From Takakia lepidozioides (taxonomy: Eukaryota > Plantae > Bryophyta): 64,000 nt of DNA. Shown one piece after another: positions 13,501-25,961 of the stretch. The position numbers and the translations under genes were made by a program. The stretch spans positions 23,002,001 through 23,066,000 of the forward strand of contig CM060732.1 of NCBI GenBank assembly GCA_030704615.1. The letters are read 5' to 3'. Numbering within the stretch: position 1 is the stretch's first letter; every line of letters begins with the position of its first letter. Under the pieces are notes generated by a model that saw nothing but the letters and a program-made list of their open reading frames with translations, had not been told where the DNA came from and did not search any database.

Positions 13501-16500
13501 TTGAATCATCACTATCCTGGCAGCTCAAACACTGTGCATTCGCGCACACTGTTTGAGGTACCCTTATCATTGTCTTTTTCATTTGAGAATGGGCCACATA
13601 GGGCATGTCTCTGAGGACAGATGAAGACTTATCTGGCAGCTCAAACAGTGTGCGTTGCCGCACACTGTTTGAGCTACCCTTATCATTGCTTTTTTCATTT
13701 GAGAATGGGCCACATAGGGCATATCTCTCAGGACAGATGAACACTTATCTGGCAGCTCAAACACTGTGCGTTGCCGCACACTGTTTGAGCACACCTTGTC
13801 TTTGTTTTTCCCCTGTGAAATTCGGCAATACAAGGCCAGTCTCGGAGGTTCAATCATCAGTTGCATGACAGCTCAAACAGTGTGCGTCAACGCATACTGT
13901 TTGAGCTGCCATGTCATTGCACTTGTCATCTGAAAATTGGCTACATAGGGTTTGAATTAGTGGTTGAATCATCAGTATCCTGGCAGCTCAAACAGTGTGC
14001 GTTGGCGCACACTGTTTGAGCTACCCTTATCATTGCCTTTTTCATTTGAGAATGGGCCACATAGGGCATGTCTCTGAGGACAGATGAAGACTTATCTGGC
14101 AGCTCAAACAGTGTGCGTTGCCGCACACTGTTTGAGCACACCTTGTCTTTGTTTTTCCCCTGTGAAATTCGGCAATACAGGGCCGGTCTCGGAGGTTCAA
14201 TCATCAGTTGCATGGCAGCTCAAACAGTGTGCGTCAACGCACACTGTTTGAGCTGCCATGTCATTGCACTTGTCATCTGAAAATTGGCCACATAGGGTTT
14301 GAATTAGTGGTTGAATCATCACTATCCTGGCAGCTCAAACAGTGTGCGTTGCCGCACACTGTTTGAGCTACCCTTATCATTGCTTTTTTCATTTGAGAAT
14401 GGGCCACATAGGGCATATCTCTGAGGACAGATGAACACTTATCTGGCAGCTCAAACAGTGTGTGTTGCCGCACACTGTTTGAGCACACCTTGTCTTTGTT
14501 TTTCCCCTGTGAAATTCGGCAATACAGGGCCGGTCTCGGAGGTTCAATCATCAGTTGCATGACAGCTCAAACAGTGTGCGTCAACGCACACTGTTTGAGC
14601 TACCCTTATCATTGCTTTTTTCATTTGAGAATGGGCCACATAGGGCATGTCTCTGAGTACAGATGAAGACATATCTGGCAGCTCAAACAGTGTGCGTTGC
14701 TGCACACTGTTTGAGCACACCTTGTCTTTGTTTTTCCCCTGTGAAATTCGGCAATACAGGGCCGGTCTCGGAGGTTCAATCATGAGTTGCATGGCAGCTC
14801 AAACAGTGTGCATCAACGCACACTGTTTGAGCTGCCATGTCATTGCACTTGTCATCTGAAAATTGGCCACATAGGGTTTGAATTAGTGGTTGAATCATCA
14901 CTATCCTGGCAGCTCAAACAGTGTGCGTTGGCACACACTGTTTGAGCTACCCTTACCGTTGCCTTTTTCATTTGAGAATGGGCCACATAGGCCATGTCTC
15001 TGAGGACAGATGAAGACTTATCTGGCAGCTCAAACAGTGTGCGTTGCCGCACACTGTTTGAGCACACCTTGTCTTTGTTTTTCCCCTGTGAAATTCGGCA
15101 ATACAGGGCCGGTCTCGGAGGTTCAATCATCAGTTGCATGACAGCTCAAACAGTGTGCGTCAACGCACACTGTTTGAGCTGCCATGTCATTGCACTTGTC
15201 ATCTGAAAATTGGCCACATAGGGTTTGAATTAGTGGTTGAATCATCACTATCCTGGCAGCTCAAACAGTGTGCGTTGCCGCACACTGTTTGAGGTACCCT
15301 TATCATTGTCTTTTTCATTTGAGAATGGGCCACATAGGGCATATCTCTGAGGACAGATGAACACTTATCTGGCAGCTCAAACAGTGTGTGTTGCCGCACA
15401 CTGTTTGAGCACACCTTGTCTTTGTTTTTCCCCTGTGAAATTCGGCAATACAGGGCCGGTCTCGGAGGTTCAATCATCAGTTGCATGACAGCTCAAACAG
15501 TGTGCGTCAACGCACACTGTTTGAGCTGCCATGTCATTGCACTTGTCATCTGAAAATTGGCCACATAGGGTTTGAATTAGTGGTTGAATCATCACTATCC
15601 TGGCAGCTCAAACAGTGTGCGTTGGCGCACACTGTTTGAGCTACCCTTATCATTGTCTTTTTCATTTGAGAATGGGCCACATAGGGCATGTCTCTGAGGA
15701 CAGATGAAGACTTATCTGGCAGCTCAAACAGTGTGTGTTGCCGGACACTGTTTGAGCACAGCTTGTCTTTGTTTTTCCCCTGTGAAATTCGGCAATACAG
15801 GGCAGGTCTCGGAGGTTCAATCATCAGTTGCATGGCAGCTCAAACAGTGTGCATCATCGCACACTGTTTGAGCTGCCATGTCATTGCACTTGTCATCTGA
15901 AAATTGGCCACATAGGGTTTGAATTAGTGGTTGAATCATCACTATCCTGGCAGCTCAAACAGTGTGCGTTGGCGCACACTGTTTGAGCTACCCTTATCAT
16001 TGCCTTTTTCATTTGAGAATGGGCCACATAGGGCATGTCTCTGAGGACAGATGAAGACTTATCTGGCAGCTCAAACAGTGTGCGTTGCCGCACACTGTTT
16101 GAGCTACCCTTATCATTGCTTTTTTCATTTGAGAATGGGCCACATAGGGCATATCTCTGAGGACAGATGAACACTTATCTGGCAGCTCAAACAGTGTGTG
16201 TTGCCGCACACTGTTTGAGCACACCTTGTCTTTGTTTTTCCCCTGTGAAATTCGGCAATACAGGGCCGGTCTCGGAGGTTCAATCATCAGTTGCATGACA
16301 GCTCAAACAGTGTGCGTCAACGCACACTGTTTGAGCTGCCATGTCATTGCACTTGTCATCTGAAAATTGGCCACATAGGGTTTGAATTAGTGGTTGAATC
16401 ATCACTATCCTGGCAGCTCAAACACTGTGCGTTGGCGCACACTGTTTGAGGTACCCTTATCATTGTCTTTTTCATTTGAGAATGGGCCACATAGGGCATG

Positions 16501-19500
16501 TCTCTGAGGACAGATGAAGACTTATCTGGCAGCTCAAACAGTGTGCGTTGCCGCACACTGTTTGAGCACACCTTGTCTTTGTTTTCCCCTGTGAAATTCG
16601 GCAATACAGGGCAGGTCTCGGAGGTTCAATCATCAGTTGCATGGCAGCTCAAACTGTGTGCATCATCGCACAGTGTTTGAGCTGCCATGTCATTGCACTT
16701 GTCATCTGAAAATTGGCCACATAGGGTTTGAATTAGTGGTTGAATCATCATTATCCTGGCAGCTCAAACAGTGTGCGTTGGCGCACACTGTTTGAGGTAC
16801 CCTTATCGTTGCCTTTTTCATTTGAGAATGGGCCACATAGGGCATGTCTCTGAGGACCGATAAACACTTATCTGGCAGCTCAAATAGTGTTCTTTCAACA
16901 CTTACGGTTCAATGAACACTTACCTTGCACCTCAAACAGTGTGCGTCAACGCACACTGTTTGAGCTCACCTTTTCTACCACAGATGGCCTGTTTGCCATG
17001 CTCAAACACCCTCGTCTAATGCCTCACTCTTATGTCAATTTGAATGGACAACCCTGCAGGATAAGATGCAAAGTGTGGCGGAGGAGATCCCTTCGGGACT
17101 GGGGAAGGATATCATTGTTGATGTTGACGATGAGTTCTATGAAAGCAAAGCCGCTGAGATGCTGGGTGGTCAGAAGGTAAACTCTCAGCTTGTGGTGCAA
17201 AGTATGCTTGCCCCGGGTGGGAGGTTGAAGATTCCCCTGTGTAGGATGGTTTCCATGCCCGTCGTTCGACCACCCCTCATCAAGGACATTCTCAAGCTAG
17301 AGGCCGAGTTTGTTCATGGGTATTTGGATGGATCCGCAGTGTTTTACGTTTGTACAAAGGATTCCACAGGCAATGAGCTCCTTGTGGATGAGTCAATCGT
17401 GGACTCCTGGGATCCTATTTGGAGACAGGTGAACGAATCCTTCGAACTTCTTCTCTCCAGAAAACCTTCCACCCAGGCATTCTCGGGGAAGATGTTTCAC
17501 GTTTGGGATGGGAACCACCGATTGCTTGCATGGATGGCTGTTATTGGGAGGCTGCACTCACAGGAGGAAGAGTGGCATTACTCTGTTCGATTGATGGTGC
17601 TGGATTGTGAGGGGAACATGATGGGTCTTCTGACGGCAATGAATGATGTGAACAGGTTGGTTTCTCATTCTACCTGTTCCACTTGCAGTTCCTTGGTTCT
17701 TTGATTAAAGTCCTTGAATTTCATTCTGACTTTCAGATATCATTCTGCAGAGGAACGGAGACATCGCATGTCAAAACGAGTCTGGTTCACACACTGTATA
17801 GGATACAAAGGATCGGGCAGATGCCCTTGACCAACTTCAAGACCATCCTTTCAGCGGAGACGTACAAGAAGTGCGAAAGCTCCAAGACATCGGAAACGTG
17901 GTACTCGTTGACACGCGAGGCTTTCATGGAGTACATGTACACGGTGAGATACATCTTCCTTCATCTGCCCTTTCCATAGTCCTGCTTCCACATGTTTGTT
18001 TCTGTTTGTTTCCCTTGCCCTTCGGTTCATGCAACTCTCGTGCATTCCCTTGCAGCAAGACATTGCAGATGCAGGGGAGCGTGGCAAACTGGAATACTAC
18101 AGGTCAACCCCTGAGGAGAGAAGGACTGCAAAGGGGGTTGAGACTCACATCCAAAAAGAGATGACCGCTACAAGAAGGACTATAATGAGTGCTTTTGTGA
18201 AGCAGTTGAGAATTGCCGACCCATCATTCGGAGCGCAGTTTCTCTTGGAGATAAAAAACCATTATAACAAGCCAGGCAAGCCAGAGATGGCCCAGGAGAA
18301 GTTACACAGGTTGTCTACCGCCGTTGTGTCTTCAGAACAGAAGGTGAAGTGGCTACAGATATGGAACTCCGATCCCACAGTTAGGGATACACACATGTTC
18401 CCCAGGCCGGAGAAAGAGAAGAAGACCCAGCGTGTCATTCCAGTCAGTGACAATGTGCTGGACACATGGCTTCACAAGGCCACTTACTGGAGCCAGGTGT
18501 GTTGTCCTTTCCTGTGTCACTTTCTTTTCTCTTTTCCTGTCCTTCTCTTTCCATTGCCTCTCACATTCGCAGTGATTTTTTTGGGTTCATTCTTGCATTT
18601 GAATTGTTTTGCAGTTGGAAGAAAGGGCACGGTCGGTTCTGCATACTCAGCTGGCTGACTATGGCATCACTATGATAGCACCGAAGGTCTCCTTCGAAGC
18701 ATACATGAGGAAATGGAGAGCCACAGTGTGGCACTCTTGTTTCTTTAGAGAGTTCAACAAGGAGGGTGGCATCAGTCGAACACATGACCTTGACCAGCAA
18801 GAAAAAGGAGAGGAAGCCTGGAAACGATGCCTTTACAGGTGCACTCCCTGGGCAGTTTAGTTTACTTGGTGTCCTGTGGTTGCAATGTACTGTGACGCAT
18901 ACAGTTTAAGGGGAATGTGATGGAAAAATTGAGAGACAATAATTGCATTGCATAATGAGGCTGTCTTTGTTCCTGCAGGTACATAAAGTTTGTTCTCATG
19001 GAAGAGAATTGTTTGGACAAACATCCAGATTTCGTGGACCTCTGGCTTGTCCCTGCTGGAAATCAGACTATGTTTACTACTGGGATCTTGCATGACTGGG
19101 GCCCAGACCATCTATCTTCTTGTGGTTGGTATTTGGATTGCCCTCCTTCTGAGACCCCAGCTCTGGAGGTGTCTTTGAGGAGAGAGAATGAGCGAATTGC
19201 AGCCACTGCTGCAGCAGCCGACCTCGACATTCATGAGCGAAATTTGAGGACTCTGGCAGAGAAGGAGCCTCCCGCTCAGGATACCCCGGGTAGAGGTAGA
19301 AAGGCAAAGGGGAAAGATGTTGCTGGTGTTGTGGGGAAGGGAAGGGGTAGAGGGAAGGTGGCACAAGGGCAGGGAAGTGTTGCAGATATTGGCCCAGTGG
19401 TGCATGTCCAGCAGACTCCACCGCATGGTAGGGGATCCGTGAGAAAGAACAAGGGGGTGGTTGATCCCAAGGACCCGTACCATGCAGTGGAACATCCGAC

Positions 19501-20775
19501 GAGGGTCATTCGCCCTACTAGGTTGGAGATGGCCAACGTCGGATTCCTTGCCATGATGGAGTCGAAGAAATCTGATTACAAGGGCGAGCCATCACCAGTG
19601 TGGGAGAGGATTGTACAGTTCCTCGGCACGGTGCGTGTTCTCTTTTGCATCTTCTCTGCAGTGGGCATGGATCGTTTCAATCCTCTTGAGTATTCTATTG
19701 TAATTTTGTTTGCAGGCTAAAATGACCAAATCCTGGGTGAACGGGAAGGAGAAGCAATATGCAGCCGAACTCATAATCTTGGACATCCCTGATGGGTTGG
19801 CAGTCCCGGATGTCCCTCCATCGGGTGCTTGTCCGGGTTGTAATGCTTTTGATGAGCGCTATTGGCGGTGGGTTTTCTCCTTTTGCAATTTTTTCCTGTC
19901 CGATGCAGGTGTTTTGGTGCTCATACAGTCCGCCGACGTTCGCTGTCGCCGTGCACTTGCCAGCTATTTGAAAGCCTCGGGCATGAGAGTCCTGAAGACA
20001 TGGAATTCTGTGAACAGCATGTACCTTACGAAGGGGGATCGTCCGGGAGAGATGGTAAATTTACCTTCTTCTTCCTCTTCTTGGTGGTTCTCGGATGGAG
20101 TTGTATAGGTCGCTCGATCTCATATGTAGGGGCCTGATTTTTTAAGCTTCTTAGTTCCTTCTGAATGTGTTGTTCGCAGACTCGTTTGTTTGAAGCTGTT
20201 TGTCTCGTCCGAGTGCATCCACCAACGACTCCGGCCGGTATTTCGGAGTTCGCCATCACTCATGGGGGCAAGTTCATAGACGACAGGACAGATCCTCCAA
20301 CGGATGACATGCACCACAACTACGTCGACAGCAACGTGTGCTTGCGAAGGGGGAATGGGGTTCCTTGGAGAGGGGCGAGGGAGAGGAGCCCGGCTTTCAT
20401 TCAAACGATTGTGGAGTGCTGCACCTACACAGACGCCAGAGTTCTGGATTTGTCAATGGGCACAGGTTCGTCTCTTCAACATTCGGATTTCATGAGGTTT
20501 GATTGAGCTTGCACTTTCAGTACTTCCCACCGTTCCATATGTGTCTTCAATGTCTGCTTCCTTCATTCTATTCCACTGCAGGTGCTTCGTACCACGCTTG
20601 CAAGGCCAGTGCCCGACATCTCTTTGGGATTGAAGGGGATGCTGAGATTTACAACAACCTCCTTATGGGTTTGGGTGGACACACTTCTCAAGTCCTTCCG
20701 AAGCCCCGTCCCGCTGATATTGATACAGAGGAGACTTCCGACAAGGAGCTGGACTCCGACTTTGACTGTGAGTAA
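7532..20775 (+). CDS. Multi-exon ParB/Srx-like domain + beta-class N6A/N4C DNA methyltransferase-like fusion gene (copy 1, apparently intact)
   Basis: Predicted exons 7532-7840 (inferred), 17060-17655, 17751-17943, 18056-18496, 18615-18838, 18979-19630, 19716-20054, 20180-20465, 20582-20775, all GT-AG and phase-compatible. ParB-like FHVWDGNHRL. MTase motifs IILDIPD...FLSDAGVLVL and RSPAFIQTIVECCT..DARVLDLSMGTGASYHAC...RHLFGIE. Linkage of exon 1 across the 9-kb array is inference. Confidence 0.75.
7990..16967. repeat. Tandem higher-order array: 347-bp trimer of ~116-bp monomers, each with a ~40-bp hairpin
   Basis: CAGCTCAAACAGTGTGCG-(TCAA/TTGG/TTGC)-CGCACACTGTTTGAGCT recurs about every 116 bp (roughly 75-80 copies) with three related spacer types. 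The ORF track shows periods of 347, ~1157 and 1501 bp. Confidence 0.97.
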
Positions 20776-21864
20776 GTTCAACCTGTGCATGCTTGCATTG
20801 TTGTTTCAATATCGAGAATCACTCTTCTTGAGGCAAAGTTCACATGGCAGACATCCTCTTCGTTGGACTTGTGTATTGCATATTGTGTTCTGAATGGGTT
20901 TTTGTCGACATGTGCAGGAGTCCGTGTGCTTCCACTTGCCCTTCAGGGCTATCATACCTGTTTGGACTTCTTTCCAGTCCTCCTCGGTCTTGCGTGCTAC
21001 CTGTCTATGCGGAGGCACTCGCAACAAGCATGACCGTTCATGGCACTCGGAGTCCACCTATCCACGGCCGTGGTAGAAGACGTGGTGTTGGGGCCAGAAT
21101 CTTTGTGGATGACATAGCACAGGAGGTCGAGACTGATTCTGATGACTGTGACACTTTATATGAAGTTTTCTTTTCGTTTTATTCCGGGCCAAATTTGAAA
21201 TAGGATGGTTGTGTGTCCTTGTTGTCCTGTTTGCAATGTGTGCGTGGAATGCACATTAATGGGAACAAACTATTGTTGGAGATGGGGGTTGCATGGACTG
21301 CCCGGATTGTTCCTTCAATCTATTTAGTGTTCTCTGGACCTCACAGACTTGAGTGCATTGCAAATACAAACAAACGACTTTGGTTCGTGTAGAGCATTCT
21401 CGCATCAGTTGCTCGTTGGTCTCCAAACCATTCCTGCTAGAAGAATGGTTGGTGAATCCATCACGGTGAAGTCCACCTCATCAAAGAGCTGTGAGGCATT
21501 CTCAAATCTAATGAGCATCCATGATGCTCCCGCACATACCTGGCATGTTCGCAAGGGTGGTGAGTAAGAAAAGATTTCGCAGGGTTCCGCTTTAGATCAT
21601 GTCAGTGTGCACCTCCTCACGACGTACCCACATAAACTTGTGAGGGCTTGGTATGTTGATAACGTCTGCATGGATGCAATGGATACAATGGATGTAACAT
21701 ATCCACTCTGCATTCCCGGGAAATGGCTGATCAACCCGCGGAAATAGGTGACACCCGCAGAAATAGGCCCTGTATGTATGCTGACGTGGCGTGAGCCTGT
21801 GCTGGGCTCACGGTTTCCTGGGCTCACAGGCTCACGCCTCCGGGCTCACAGAATAGCACCCCCC

Positions 21865-22536
21865 GGTTGCCGACCCACGCGACTCGCCCGTACCCATGAA
21901 CACAAAAACACTATAGGCTGTGTTTGGCCATAGTCAATTTGCAAAATCTCCCGTATAAGACCTACATATCTTGTAGGTTCCTCCATGTCATTGCCTGAAT
22001 TGTTGGTAATGGGCTAGTGCTGGAAAACAGATGAGACTCCACAATCAAAAGACACCATACTTGTTGTGTTCATGCCGGGGGATGTAACCCTGTAATGGTT
22101 ACCATACGGTGTCATACTCTTGAATGACAGGGCAGTAAATGATGGAGGCCTTGAAAGATCCAGTAATTCCTCACGTGTTGTAGGATCAAGCCCATCTGAT
22201 TGAATCGAGAGATGATCCCGTACACCTTGAGGGAGCCAAACAGCAAATGGAGGACAAGGATGCAAATCAGGAGGGTACTGAATTGCCGTGGGATTGCTCA
22301 TGCCTTCCAGCCCTTGCTCCTCACGAAACAAGCGTCGTCTGGCTTCTATCCGTGTGGACTCTGCTTCATATATCCTGTCACAATCCAAGGGTCAGCCAGG
22401 AGATTGACAGAGGTGGCGTGGGAGACTTGAAAAGAGGCCATATGCCAACTAATGATAAATGACTAAAACTTGGAAATCTGAATGTCAATGAAGTAGATTT
22501 CTTACCCCAAGATGACTGATAGACGAGGATGGTTCT
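21865..22536 (-). pseudogene. CACTA transposase gene, middle fragment
   Basis: YGNHYRV...SFDCGV...YVGLIREILQIDYG...VFLCSWV with an internal stop. Includes a short exon end (QNHPRLSVILG|gtaag) that continues from 60457. Confidence 0.75.
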
Positions 22537-22891
22537 TGTCAAGTTAAATAAGCACAGTGTGAAACTAGCTAGAATAAAGCTAGTTATTTGTATTTAACAC
22601 TTGGATTTAGGTCAAGTGTTAAATCAGGTGTCAAGTTTAGTTTGACACCTGACCCGTCTTATCTTCACAAGAGCGGCAGTCGTGCAGCTCATCTCTCTCG
22701 AGTTGAGCCTGCGCGACCGAGCTCCTGCATCGTTTAGGACTGAGTGTGCTCATGATGGGAGTGTAGGTTGTTGTGGGGTGGAGTCCCCACAGCTTGGGGT
22801 GCCCCAGGCTCGACTTCTGTTTTAAAGAGTGATAGCGATGGATTTCATATTTCTTGTGTTGGGAGTGTGTGTCCTTTTAGCTTTCTTATCA
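22537..22891 (+). repeat. Terminal direct repeat A (355 bp), left end
   Basis: Near-identical to 33646-34000 and 60016-60370. Followed by CTCGAGAG rather than a TGG-type PBS. Confidence 0.92.
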
Positions 22892-24367
22892 CTCGAGAGA
22901 GATCAGCTGTATCTAGTTTTCTTGTAGTGCTAAGCTAGATAGAGTTCTTTTATGTTAGCACTATGTCGATGGTCGAGGTGAAGAGAGCGGCATGCTTGAT
23001 GACAACGTGGTTCTCCAACTCGTTATAAGCCATACCAAGCTCGTCCAAGAAGTGTTTTCCGTTTTGTTGTTGTTGCACAGGAGCGATGTATTTTGGAGGA
23101 AGTTGATTTGGGGGGGGAGCAGAAGAATGTGTTCACCATAACCTATGATTGAAAGGGGAAGACGGGATTCCACGCTTGCAAGCTACCTGCGGAAGCAAGC
23201 TGCGATCTAGTTCGAGTGCAAGGTTCTGAGGACAGACCTCGATCACAATGATCTTGTCGAAAGGCTGTGCAGGGTAAAGGATCCATAGCTACTTGGACGA
23301 AGGTCCTGAAACCACTGTCGTATAGCAGCTGGTAGGGTTTCTCTCGTTGCCAGTTGTAGGAGGGTGGTAAGCACGAGCTCCAAAAATAGCTCCCCGCTTG
23401 AGCCGGAATTCCACCAGAAGAAAACGGGTTGAAAGACTGAGCTGCATGCCATCCGTGCAGCGGGGGAGTACGGTGGCAGACACCTTGGCTTGGTGGGCAG
23501 ATCACAATCGTATGTTCGAAGCGCAACAGGCAGTAGCGTTGAAGGCCAAGCTCCCGTTCACAGTGTCCGTCATGGCTACAGGGAAAAACATCCGGAAAGC
23601 TCCTACACAAGGTTCTAAGAAGGGTTGTATGAGCAATTGATATAGAAAGGGGGACCTGCAGGCTGAGGGTGAGCAGATTTCCCCAGTAACTGCACTTGTC
23701 GCCTTTGATGAAAAACCCAATGGCTTGGACCTTGCTGCTGCTGATGTGGTGCATGTTGGAAGAGGTGCCTGCCGTCAATTTGTGAAGGAGTTTTTCTTGC
23801 TGCGCTTCCTTTGCGCGAGCTGCAGATTGACATCAAGAAGGGGCTGCTTGGCAAGGTCCCATTGCACCAGCGGCTGCAGATTGAGTTCCACTTTACTGAG
23901 GCAATCACAAATTCCTGCAGTTTGGTTTTGTTTGGTTTTGTGAAGACACAAAATGCCGACTCCAGCTGGAACGGGCAGTATCGGCCAGCCAAGGTGGAAT
24001 GATTCGTTGTTGAAAAAGCTGAGTGATCATGCTTTGGAATCGCTCAGCCAACATGGGTGATGGGCCCTGCCCTCCCTGAGCAATTGGCCCCTCATAAGCA
24101 TAAGCTGAGGTGGGTAACTCCAGATCACTCCTCATGGACCAGACTTGGTGACTGTCACTGGATGAAGGAGTCCAGAATCCTTCAGAAGTCAAGCTTGCTG
24201 ATGGTTTGGAAGCGACACATTTCGTCCTTGCAGATCTCAGAGGGAGAGGCAAGAAGGCGGTTTGTCGGAGCTGGTGCTGAATTGAGCTGCAAATCCCGGG
24301 ACTAACCAGAACCAAAGGCTTCACAAGCAACGCATGCGCCATGGATTCCCGAGAGATGCCGAAGCAT

Positions 24368-24472
24368 GTTGTTTGTAGTCTCTAGGTCGAATAAGGCCTG
24401 GGCTACAACCTCTTCGAACTCATCAGGCTCGAGCCCCTTCTCCTTCTGAATCTTCCTGCGTGCCGTAAACAT
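24368..24472 (-). pseudogene. RPS7: 40S ribosomal protein S7 N-terminal fragment inside the Gypsy 5' region
   Basis: [34 protein letters not shown] matches the plant RPS7 N-terminus, then is truncated. Confidence 0.8.
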
Positions 24473-24896
24473 GGCTGCTGCCTTGCCGTCCTGAAAGCTC
24501 GAGGAGGCAGGCCCACGCGCAGAGAAAAGCAAATCGCCTCCAGGGTGTGATACCCCACCCAACTGAGGTCGAGTTTTGGAGTTAATGAGCTCTTGGTGCC
24601 TGGAGAACCCTGGAGGGGAACGGCCTCGGGAACCCGTAGATAACCTGGGAACAGGTTGTAATGGCAAAAACGTTTTGGTGTTAAAAAAAAAGGGGGGGGC
24701 CTTTTTTATCTAATTTAAATGTTTAAAGAGCCTGGTTGGTCATATCTTTGTCAAATGAGCTCCGTTTGACTCAGTTTTTGGGGGAATAGCTGCAGAAAGG
24801 GGAAATCTACCTATCTTCACCAGTACCTATACCTACCTACCTATTAGCAGTAGACAACAGACTGCTGTAGTTGGCATTGAGGGCCTCAATATCGCC

Positions 24897-25442
24897 TTGG
24901 ACAGTCAGAACTCTGTTGGAGCCAGCAGTTCTGCAGCTGTAGGTGAAATACCAAAGTGGGTGAAAGCTAGGCTTGGAACACAGCCAAAGACATCCCCGGG
25001 GACCAAGGTGTTCAGCCACAAGGCCGTGGTGTACTGGAGCAGAGGAGCAGGAGCTACACAAGTTTGTGCAATCAGACATGGTTGCAGCTGGATACGCTCT
25101 GCACAGGGCAACCACGAGCGGGGGTTCATCAGCAATGACGTGTTTGTTGTGTGTGAAGGAGATGCAGTCATTCGCAATGAGGACACCCGCAACCGTCTCA
25201 AAGCTTTCGAGTTGAGAGACTATCAGACCCTACCTTTGTTTTCTTTAGTTTTCAGTGAGCGGGAGATAGGGGAGTATTGCTTTGTCTCTACCTGGCAGAA
25301 AGAGGAGGAGGGTTGGTTAGAGCGAGCTACTGTAGCTTGGGACAAGGTTAGTGGCAGGTTTCTGGACATAGATATACCTCCTACACCTTACCATCATGCA
25401 GAGCGAGGCACTTTGAGAGAAGTCTGGAAGTTGATAGCATAG
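24897..25442 (+). CDS. Unknown ORF upstream of gag (possible accessory ORF)
   Basis: 181-aa open frame without a recognisable motif. Its 3' part is also present (inverted) in copy 2 near 53400-53448. Confidence 0.3.
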   Translation: MDSQNSVGASSSAAVGEIPKWVKARLGTQPKTSPGTKVFSHKAVVYWSRGAGATQVCAIRHGCSWIRSAQGNHERGFISNDVFVVCEGDAVIRNEDTRNRLKAFELRDYQTLPLFSLVFSEREIGEYCFVSTWQKEEEGWLERATVAWDKVSGRFLDIDIPPTPYHHAERGTLREVWKLIA

Positions 25443-25961
25443 ATCAGGATTAGATCTTGCTTGGGCGGGCTTCTATTCTTCCCCTCCATCTCTGTACTAT
25501 TTTCATTACCTTGTACTCGTAGTTGCCAAAGCCTCTCTTGGTGGAGGCCAGTCAGTCCGGGGTCTTGGGCTGGGCTATTCTGCAGGATCAGCATTGCAGC
25601 TAGATTTTGGTGTGGGGGTGTTGATGTTTTGATTTCTTGTGTTTGGATCCCCCCCAACACCTGCATGCTTGACTGTGCACCATGTTGGTTTTGTGTGGGC
25701 GCTTGCTTTCATAGGGATTAGGCCGGATTTGATCACCGGTCAATCCTAGAGTATGCTGTTGGTGGTGAGGCTGGAGTGATGACCAGCAAGACCACCAGTG
25801 TTTCTTCTATGGTGAGGCTGGGTTGATGACCAGCCAACCATAGGAGTTCTTGCGGTGGATGCAGGTGCAGGTGCCCTGAGCCATTGGGATATGACCCTTA
25901 AACTGCAACAGGTGCCCACCCGTGTCACTATTAGATTAGTACTAGAGCCTTATAGTGTCAC

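Larger units (their letters stand above)
2586..21864. mobile_element. Mutator-like DNA transposon (element 1, ~19.3 kb) carrying transposase, ParB-MTase gene and hairpin array
   Basis: Flanking direct repeat GGTTGACGACC (2575-2585) / GGTTGCCGACC (21865-21875), a 10-11-bp TSD with 1 mismatch. Degenerate terminal IR (left CAGCGTAGCTATGGCGTGAGCCC vs right-end reverse complement GGGGGGTGCTATTCTGTGAGCCC). GTGAGCC/GGCTCAC subterminal clusters at both ends. Interrupts the CACTA ORF in frame. Confidence 0.85.

Noticed and set aside
8147-16680. Many 60-95-aa ORFs (MQLMIEPPRP..., MSLRTDED...)
   Set aside because: They are by-products of the tandem repeat on both strands, with no coding signature.
7990-16967. 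CRISPR-like repeat-spacer appearance of the hairpin array
   Set aside because: Spacers are only three related sequences reused throughout, there are no cas genes, and the context is eukaryotic. It is a satellite-type array.
17060-20775. Bacterial contamination as the source of the ParB/MTase-like sequence
   Set aside because: The genes have multiple conserved spliceosomal introns and are embedded in plant transposons.
22892-25961. Tyrosine recombinase that would make the element a DIRS/PAT/Ngaro type
   Set aside because: No R-H-R-Y motifs were recognisable, and a complete DDE integrase, TG...CA ends and a TSD are present. A profile search is still advisable.
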